Shown piece after piece: positions 57,567 through 64,000 of a DNA stretch of 64,000 nucleotides. The notes beneath the pieces were generated by a model, which saw only the letters and a list, made by a program, of their open reading frames with translations, was not told the origin of the DNA and searched no databases. How positions within the stretch are numbered: position 1 is the first letter of the stretch; each line of letters starts with the position of its first letter. The stretch comes from Ignavibacteriales bacterium (GTDB lineage: Bacteria > Bacteroidota > Ignavibacteria > Ignavibacteriales > SURF-24), in NCBI GenBank assembly GCA_003599415.1, contig QZKB01000012.1, positions 2,041-66,040 on the forward strand, in the 5' to 3' direction. A program made the position numbers and the translations under genes.

Positions 57567-57768
57567 TTTACTTTCACATATATTGTTTTTTAAAGTAAAG
57601 CAAAGATACTCCAGTAAAAGCATTAAGGTCAAATGCAATTTAAAACTGTTATATGTTGAAAAACAGTTAATCGTATTCAATAAAAACAAAATTTTTCTTG
57701 TTTCTTATTTCCTATCTCTTAATTTGCTTCTGTAAATTTAATTTTATAATCAATAAGGGGATCTTGCC

Positions 57769-58350
57769 ATGAAAAAACTATTTGTAATTTTCATTGTTCT
57801 GATTTCTTTTTTTGTCTCTTCCAATTACTTTGCCCAGGGTAAGATTATGCAAGGAATGTATAAGCTTGGCGGCAATATTACTTTTTCCACCAGCAGTAAT
57901 GAAACTGATCTTTATGATGAATCGCGTACAAGTATTTATTTTAGCCCGTCTCTTGCTTACCTGATAACGGATAATCTGGAGATTGGAGGAACAATTGGTT
58001 TCTCTTACTATGAAACAAAAGAGGAGGTAAAAGCAACACAATATTATGATGCTCATACTTCTAAGTATTACGGTAGGAATTATTTTATTGGTCCAACTTT
58101 ACGCTATTATTTCGTTGCAGGGAAAATTTTTCCATTTGTTGGCGTAGGTTTTAGTTATACTACAAACAAATTAAGTGGTGAAAATAAATCTGAAAGCCGG
58201 ATGTTTAACGCCACAATAGGTGCAGAGATATTTTTATCTTCCGAAGTAGCTGTTGAACCATTCATCAGGTATTATATTACGAATTATGGCAACGGTAATT
58301 ATAATACAATTGGCGCCGGAGTTGGTATAAATTATTTTATAGTCAGATGA
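57769..58350 (+). CDS. Small outer-membrane beta-barrel protein
   Basis: Signal peptide (…YFAQG), alternating strands, C-terminal GVGINYFIV. Confidence 0.6.
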   Translation: MKKLFVIFIVLISFFVSSNYFAQGKIMQGMYKLGGNITFSTSSNETDLYDESRTSIYFSPSLAYLITDNLEIGGTIGFSYYETKEEVKATQYYDAHTSKYYGRNYFIGPTLRYYFVAGKIFPFVGVGFSYTTNKLSGENKSESRMFNATIGAEIFLSSEVAVEPFIRYYITNYGNGNYNTIGAGVGINYFIVR

Positions 58351-58437
58351 CGGTTTTAGAAAAAATATCTGGTTATTTGTCAGGCAGTCTTTATATAAAC
58401 AGAAACTAAAACAATTTTATAAATGAGGGATCATAAG

Positions 58438-59016
58438 ATGAAAAAATCAATTGTAATTTCAATCGTTCTTGTTTCCTTGTTTGCTACAACAGGCCTTTTT
58501 GCACAGGGAAAAATTTATAAGGGTATTTATAAACTTGGCGGCAATATTATGTTTACTTCCAGCAATTATGAAACTGACTTTTCTAAATCTACTCATACAG
58601 GATTTATTTTTACTCCTTCATTATCTTACCTTATTACCAACAATTTAGAGATTGGCGGTAACATTGGATTTAAATATGAAGAAATGAAGAGTGAACCGAA
58701 GAACACACAATACGGACATACTTCAAAATTTATTGACCGGAATTTTGGGATAGGACCAATGATTCGTTATTATTTTAATGCAGGCAATTTTTATCCTTTC
58801 ATTGGTGGGTCTTATTATTATTCTACAAACAAGTTATCCGGTGATAATAAATCTGAAGACAGAACCTATGCTGTTTTTATTGGTGCAGAAATCTTTTTGT
58901 CATCGGGTGTAGCTGTTGAGCCGCTTGCTAAGTATGGAATAACAAATTACAGCCAGGGTGATGAGTGGAAATCATTTAGTTTTGGTGTTGGCATAAATTA
59001 TTTTATTGTTGATTGA
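58438..59016 (+). CDS. Small outer-membrane beta-barrel protein, tandem paralog
   Basis: Collinear with the previous ORF (YKLGGNI.F, SPSL.YLIT.NLEIGG, GAEIFLSS.VAVEP, GVGINYFIV). I prefer the ATG at 58438. Confidence 0.6.
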   Translation: MKKSIVISIVLVSLFATTGLFAQGKIYKGIYKLGGNIMFTSSNYETDFSKSTHTGFIFTPSLSYLITNNLEIGGNIGFKYEEMKSEPKNTQYGHTSKFIDRNFGIGPMIRYYFNAGNFYPFIGGSYYYSTNKLSGDNKSEDRTYAVFIGAEIFLSSGVAVEPLAKYGITNYSQGDEWKSFSFGVGINYFIVD

Positions 59017-59055
59017 AATAATAATTCAACAATAGAGAAAAATTATTTATATGAT

Positions 59056-59086
59056 GAGACGTTCAGGTGAACGTCTCTTAATTTTT
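59056..59086. terminator. Stem-loop GAGACGTTC-aggt-GAACGTCTC between convergent genes
   Basis: Perfect 9-bp stem followed by ttaattttt. Confidence 0.6.
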
Positions 59087-61427
59087 ACTTCAGCAAAATC
59101 ATTTTCCTGCTGATTATTTTGTCGGCAAATTCAATCGTGTAAAAATAAACACCGCTGGAAAATTTACTGCCGTCAAACTTCACTTCATAAATGCCTGGTT
59201 TTTTATTCTCATTAACCAGTGTAGTTACTTCTCTGCCAAGTATATCAAATATTTTCATCGTTACTAGTAAAGACGATCCGCCTGCGGCGGAATGCCCCGT
59301 CTCTACATTGGGAATTGTAAATTTTATTGTTGTAACGGGATTGAATGGATTAGGATAATTCTGTTCTAACCTGAACCTGTTTGGAGAATCAATTCTTTCA
59401 TCATTACTTAAAATTATATTTGATCGTGAAGTCTGAAAAGTGAATTTATCATCAGTTGAAAGGGGACGAGTGGTCAGTACATAAACAGTGTCCCCTTCAG
59501 TAGGCATAATTACAGTTTCTCCTGAGTACATAGTTGAGATTTGAGCGTAAGTGTTATTTGCTGCCTGCTGGTATGGCGGTGGAGTAATAAAAACAACCGG
59601 CTCCTTTGGGCTCCAGCGTTTGTTTTTTGTTGCTGTTGCTTCAGATACAAGCGTTGTTATTTTTTTATTCTCGGTAATATCCCAGGCAAAGAAAGGCACA
59701 ATAATTTCTCTTAATCCGTTGCTTCTGTTTAAGGCCGTGTCAAGCGGAAAAGCATAATCTCCGTTTGCAAGCGTATCGGTTTTTCCCCAGACCAATATTG
59801 CATCAATCGGAGGTAATTTTTTTGTACCGAATGCAGGTTGCCCGACTGTACAACTGATATTTGTCCCGGAATGATTTTTAAAATATGAATTAGTTTCATC
59901 CAAGGCTAAATCTAATTCTGGAATTAATTCTACCTGAATACCATCAAATATTGGTGTTGATAGAAAAACCTTTTCGGCATTCAGCAGGAAAAAGTTTTCT
60001 ACCGGAGCAGCACCAGTAGAAAGGTTTTTAATTGTTGTTATTATTGAATCATCCGAAACATAACTAAAACCCATTTCATAAGTATTCCCGGTAATCCTGG
60101 TAGAGTCGACAATGTGAACCACGAATTCCGTAGTTGTTCTTCCTGATGGATGTTTGTATGAATCCGGTTCAACATAACCCTGAGGTTCATAGAGATTTAT
60201 CTGCTTGCCGATAATATCATAATCTTTTCCAAATTGATTCCAGCTTGCCCAAACCACAAGCAACTCATTTTCGCTTTTTACAATTACGTCCGGTTCCCAT
60301 TGATAACTTTCCGAATAATCATTGACCTGTGTTTCAAAAGTTTTACGCAAGCCGTTTTCATCAAACAGGGAAGCATAAACTCCCTCGCGGTTTCCATCCT
60401 GTTTCCAGCTTGACCAGACAACCGCAAATTCTTTTCCGCTTGTTTTTACAATACGCGGCAGCCATTGATACTGCGGAGTAGATTTGTTTATTAAAATTTC
60501 TTCACCGACTTTTTCTGCATTGCTGTTAAACCTCTGAACATAGATCCCACCATCAGAACCGTCTTGTTCCCAACTGCACCAGGCAATTGAAAAACTATCA
60601 TCATCAAAAGTTGTAATATCGGCAAACCATTGGTAATCATTTACATAAGTATTAACCTGGAATTCATTCCCGATTTTATTCCCGTCTTTATCAAATATTT
60701 GTGCGAATACACCGTAACCGGATTCAGCAGGTTTATCCTGCTTCCAGGATTCCCATACAACAATAAAATTTCCGTTTGAAAAATATTTAACTGCAGGTTT
60801 TGCCTGGCTGTATGCGGTAGTTGTGTTAACAAGAAATTCATTCCCGTTTTTTTCAAACCTGTTCTTATAGATTTGTGCATAGATACCTCTGTCGCTACCG
60901 TCCTGATCCCAGGAATCCCAAACCACAACAAATGAACCGTCATCAAAAATATCAACATCAGGATCTGCCTGCGAATTTGCAATTGTCGTGTTAACAACAA
61001 ATTCAGTTGTTATAGAAGAAAGGATTGGACTGTAAACTCTTGCTTTAATATCATAAGCCGAATCGAGATTTGAAAAGCTTTGCCATGCAGCCACATAAAT
61101 TCCTGTTTTATTAACAGCCAATGCGGGTTTCTCCTGGTTTCCCCGTGAATCTGTATTAAATTTTTCTTCCGGAAAAACTTTATTGTTATTGTGATCAAAT
61201 AACTGGAAATAAATATCCCCTTTGGAATTGCCCGAAGCCTGGTTTATAGAAGTCCAGACTACCATATATTCACCTGAAGGAGTTGTTGCAATCTGCGGAT
61301 CACGTTGTGTTGAATCTGAATAAGTATTAACAACAAATTCATCCTGAGCCTTAACCTCGCGAAGCGGGGAGATGAAGGATGATATGATTATTAAGTTAAG
61401 CAGGAAAAATACTTTTCTCATTTTCAT
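59085..61427 (-). CDS. Secreted repeat protein (about 7 x 55-aa EF.VNT...Q..P...VVW.SW.QDGS..GIY repeats) with T9SS C-terminal sorting domain
   Basis: Signal peptide. Repeats are read directly from the translation. C-terminal NYPNPFNPVTTIKF...GVYFYTI...MILLK. Confidence 0.75.
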   Translation of the reverse strand: MKMRKVFFLLNLIIISSFISPLREVKAQDEFVVNTYSDSTQRDPQIATTPSGEYMVVWTSINQASGNSKGDIYFQLFDHNNNKVFPEEKFNTDSRGNQEKPALAVNKTGIYVAAWQSFSNLDSAYDIKARVYSPILSSITTEFVVNTTIANSQADPDVDIFDDGSFVVVWDSWDQDGSDRGIYAQIYKNRFEKNGNEFLVNTTTAYSQAKPAVKYFSNGNFIVVWESWKQDKPAESGYGVFAQIFDKDGNKIGNEFQVNTYVNDYQWFADITTFDDDSFSIAWCSWEQDGSDGGIYVQRFNSNAEKVGEEILINKSTPQYQWLPRIVKTSGKEFAVVWSSWKQDGNREGVYASLFDENGLRKTFETQVNDYSESYQWEPDVIVKSENELLVVWASWNQFGKDYDIIGKQINLYEPQGYVEPDSYKHPSGRTTTEFVVHIVDSTRITGNTYEMGFSYVSDDSIITTIKNLSTGAAPVENFFLLNAEKVFLSTPIFDGIQVELIPELDLALDETNSYFKNHSGTNISCTVGQPAFGTKKLPPIDAILVWGKTDTLANGDYAFPLDTALNRSNGLREIIVPFFAWDITENKKITTLVSEATATKNKRWSPKEPVVFITPPPYQQAANNTYAQISTMYSGETVIMPTEGDTVYVLTTRPLSTDDKFTFQTSRSNIILSNDERIDSPNRFRLEQNYPNPFNPVTTIKFTIPNVETGHSAAGGSSLLVTMKIFDILGREVTTLVNENKKPGIYEVKFDGSKFSSGVYFYTIEFADKIISRKMILLK

Positions 61428-61433
61428 CTCTCC

Positions 61434-62069
61434 TTACTTCATCTGGAAATCTAAGAGTGGGTAACTGCTTGAACCGGGATAAGTATAGTGCCACCATTCG
61501 GAATCATACTTACTGAAGCCGCCTACATTTGTCATCATATTAAGAAGAAGTGATCTGTTTGCAATTGCTTCCGCAGGAAGATTATTATAGGTATGGCTTG
61601 CTTCTTCACCAAACCAATCAAATTCTGTTGGCATTAATAATTCTTTACCGGTTGATAAATTAACTATTGATAAATCTATTGCGCCGCCGCGGTTGTGTAC
61701 AGAACCTGATGACGGATCAGCAACATAAACCGGATCGGGAAAAATTTCAAACATCAGGTATTGAATTGCCCTTGGTCTGTAGGCATCATAAATTTTTATT
61801 CCAAGACCATTTGGATATGTTGTTCCATTGTATGAAGTGATTTTTCGAAGACTATCCTGAACCAGTTTTAATTTTTTTGTCGCGCCAAGTGCAAAAAGTG
61901 CTTCATCAGTTGAGTACAGTTTTTGGCTTGTAAAGTTATTGATTGTATTATATCTCAGATCCAAAACAATATCAGGGATTATTTCTTTTACATTCACAAG
62001 TTCATCTGCGGCTGTTTGGGCTGATGTATAAACAGAAAAGATAAAAATGAACAGAAAGAGTTTACGCAT
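61434..62069 (-). CDS. M15 family D-alanyl-D-alanine dipeptidase (VanX/DdpX-like), secreted
   Basis: ...DAYRP..., SVHNRGGAIDLS and SEWWHY motifs. Signal peptide. Confidence 0.8.
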   Translation of the reverse strand: MRKLFLFIFIFSVYTSAQTAADELVNVKEIIPDIVLDLRYNTINNFTSQKLYSTDEALFALGATKKLKLVQDSLRKITSYNGTTYPNGLGIKIYDAYRPRAIQYLMFEIFPDPVYVADPSSGSVHNRGGAIDLSIVNLSTGKELLMPTEFDWFGEEASHTYNNLPAEAIANRSLLLNMMTNVGGFSKYDSEWWHYTYPGSSSYPLLDFQMK

Positions 62070-62140
62070 TTTTTACCTCTATTTAATTTATGAGGAAAAC
62101 CTACAATGTGAAAATAAAGAGAAGGAATGAAATATTCTTT

Positions 62141-62171
62141 AAAAAATAAAAAGCCGTCGTAATGACGGCTT
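62141..62171 (-). terminator. Minus-strand rho-independent terminator with no adjacent minus-strand gene end
   Basis: AAGCCGTC-gtaat-GACGGCTT, an 8-bp stem. On the minus strand it is followed by tttatttttt. Confidence 0.55.
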
Positions 62172-62241
62172 AATATATATTTGGAATAAAAATAAAATCT
62201 TTACCAGAAAAATATAATAGCTTTAAAAAAATATATTACAG

Positions 62242-62784
62242 ATGAGTACAAGAAAGAGAGACATTTTTGAGTTATTTAATTGTTTCTTTATAACAACGAC
62301 TTTCAATGATTGGTTGAAGCTGCTACTCGAAGATAAATATTATTTTGAAATTATTCATTCAATTGACTTCTGCCTGAAAAAGTATAAAGCAGATTTAATT
62401 GCCTACGTATTAATGCCAAATCATATTCACTTGATACTATTCTATAATGGAAAAACAGAAGTATCCGGATTTATGAGAGACTTTAAAAAATATACATCCA
62501 CAAGAATACGACAATTGCTTGAAGAGGATGGAAAAACAAAAATTTTAGAAAGACTAAGATATAATATTAACAGGCAGAAATTTAAGGTATGGAAAGACAG
62601 ATTTGATGCAGTAATAATAAGGCATAAAAATGTTTTGATAACAAAAATAAAATATATTCATAATAACCCGGTAAAATATGGACTTGTTGAAAGAGAAGAA
62701 GAATGGAAATATTCAAGTTCAAGCTTTTATAAAACCGGTAAGCAAGGTGTACTATCAATTAAACATGCAGGTGAAATAATATAG
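62242..62784 (+). CDS. REP-associated tyrosine transposase (RAYT; IS200/IS605 Y1 HUH family)
   Basis: HUH motif in LIAYVLMPNHIHLILFY, and catalytic Tyr region IKYIHNNPVKYGLV. Confidence 0.8.
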   Translation: MSTRKRDIFELFNCFFITTTFNDWLKLLLEDKYYFEIIHSIDFCLKKYKADLIAYVLMPNHIHLILFYNGKTEVSGFMRDFKKYTSTRIRQLLEEDGKTKILERLRYNINRQKFKVWKDRFDAVIIRHKNVLITKIKYIHNNPVKYGLVEREEEWKYSSSSFYKTGKQGVLSIKHAGEII

Positions 62785-62817
62785 ATGAAATATTTCCACG
62801 TCAGAAGGAAAGCTCTG

Positions 62818-62843
62818 CCAGTCAGGAGGAAACTCCTGACTGG
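62818..62843. repeat. Perfect 11-bp hairpin with GAAA loop directly 3' of the RAYT gene
   Basis: CCAGTCAGGAG-gaaa-CTCCTGACTGG. It is preceded by a half-site-like direct repeat gtcagaaggaaa (62800-62811). Confidence 0.8.
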
Positions 62844-62857
62844 ACAAAAAGCCCTAT

Positions 62858-64000
62858 TTATTTAGTGCCTTTTAACTCTTTTACAAGTCTGTCTGCTTTG
62901 TAAATATCTTTAAGGCATTCCATCATTCCCTGCGAAGCAACATTAATGCTGCGGTTTGTTTTTGTATCAAACAGGAAGTCACCGTTAAGGCTTTCAATGT
63001 TGCCATCGAATGCAATACCGACTATCTCCATGTTTTTATTTATTACCGGGCTTCCGGAAGCGCCGCCTGTAAGGTCATGTGTAGTAATAAAATTGAACGG
63101 AACACTCAAATCAAATTCTGCCGGGGGATTTTTCCAACGGTCAGGCAGGTTCCAAGGATTCTTCCCTTCAAATGAATAATAACGATCGTACATTCCGTAA
63201 AATGTTGTCTTTGTAGGTGCTTTCGTTCCGTTGTAATCATAATCTTTTATAACACCGTCAGAAATTCTTAATGTAAATGTAGCATCAGGAGGAATTGAAG
63301 TTCCGTAAACTTCAAACAGAGCTCTGCCTATTTTCTGGTTATAGGTTTCTTCTTTTGTTATAAGCTCATTCTGTTTTGCTCTTAACTCTTTTAATTTATC
63401 TTCTGTGTTCAGAATGAAATAAATAAACGGATCATCGGAGTTCAGAATTTCATCAGGAGATTTTTTTAAGAACTCCGCAAGCGATTCTTTGGTATCAATC
63501 TTTGAGTTATTCAGAATATAATCTGCGGCAGCTTTTCCTGTTTTGTTGCCGAATAACTTCTGAACCAATTCGTTTTGATTTCCTAAAAGACTTATAATCA
63601 GGTCAGCATGTGCTCTTAGCAGAATATCGTTTTTGCGTTTAGAGAAATCTTTCGGAAATATTTTAAGCTTAGTTGAATCAAGCTGCTCACCCTGGTACTC
63701 GGGCAATCTTTCATTCTCCGGTAACTTTAGTTGTTTTGCGAGCAGAATTACTTCTTTGGCAATGTTAAAATAATCTGATGTTAGTAAAGGATTAAGACTA
63801 TAAGCACTTAATGTCGGTGTAAGTTTTTTTAGCTGTGCTCTTATCTCTGCAATATTTTCCCAGGCATCACCGTAATCATTTTTTAATTTTGGATTTGCAT
63901 CAACAGCAGCTTTAAAGTTTTTCTCAAAATCTTTTTTACGGGCCATCATATAAGGATCATGCAGACCGGTTATCATTCCGGCGTAAACTTTCTGGCTGTT
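62858..64000 (-). CDS. S46 family dipeptidyl-peptidase paralog, C-terminal part (5' end beyond window)
   Basis: The frame stays open to nt 64000 (…NSQKVYAGMITGL…) and is collinear with res ~375-755 of the S46 gene at 55422-57566. GGASGSP serine motif. Confidence 0.85.
   Translation of the reverse strand, partial: NSQKVYAGMITGLHDPYMMARKKDFEKNFKAAVDANPKLKNDYGDAWENIAEIRAQLKKLTPTLSAYSLNPLLTSDYFNIAKEVILLAKQLKLPENERLPEYQGEQLDSTKLKIFPKDFSKRKNDILLRAHADLIISLLGNQNELVQKLFGNKTGKAAADYILNNSKIDTKESLAEFLKKSPDEILNSDDPFIYFILNTEDKLKELRAKQNELITKEETYNQKIGRALFEVYGTSIPPDATFTLRISDGVIKDYDYNGTKAPTKTTFYGMYDRYYSFEGKNPWNLPDRWKNPPAEFDLSVPFNFITTHDLTGGASGSPVINKNMEIVGIAFDGNIESLNGDFLFDTKTNRSINVASQGMMECLKDIYKADRLVKELKGTK

Noticed and set aside
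57567-57689. 41-codon N-terminal extension of the S46 peptidase ORF.
   Set aside because: The internal ATG at 57566 starts a textbook signal peptide (MKPSRIFYSLFFFNLCLVFSNCASS). The extension has no signal or family features.

Overview
This is a clearly AT-rich, gene-dense bacterial chromosomal segment. It most likely comes from an FCB-group organism (Ignavibacteriota/Bacteroidota-like). The evidence for that is three secreted proteins ending in T9SS C-terminal sorting domains (NYPNPFNP...), a PorV/PorQ-like barrel, two S46 dipeptidyl-peptidases and TonB_C proteins.

Most of the window is housekeeping:
- a System I cytochrome c maturation block (ccmC fragment, an unannotated ccmD-like micro-ORF, ccmE, ccmF)
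- an ECF sigma/anti-sigma/TonB_C/TPR cluster
- rseP-dxr, metK-ahcY, purU, uvrB and gdhA
- a CPA2 antiporter
- a SIS/MFS/ROK/ROK sugar cluster.

Small accessory modules are scattered through it: a Uma2 nuclease, a DUF4160/DUF2442 pair, hicBA, and a REP-associated tyrosine transposase (RAYT).

I recognised no rRNA, tRNA, CRISPR array, prophage or integrase.

The strongest candidate for something undescribed is a 1519-aa fusion at 16904-21463 (-). It consists of an AMP-forming adenylase, about 770 aa of unknown core, and a GNAT. The core contains a protein-kinase-like segment with a degenerate catalytic loop. A Cys-rich 237-aa protein appears co-transcribed with it, and a DUF1624 membrane acyltransferase is transcribed divergently.

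Other notable points:
- a CxxxY (Cys instead of His) CcmE
- a family of GC-rich hairpin islands in otherwise AT-rich intergenic DNA, some with mutually exclusive pairings, sharing the window with the RAYT gene
- a ~60-nt direct repeat bracketing a two-ORF insert
- a Lon-like protease with a non-canonical P-loop next to an orphan AmmeMemoRadiSam radical SAM enzyme
- an orphan 1456-aa double-activase fusion.

All functional calls rest on motif recognition by eye. No database search was run.
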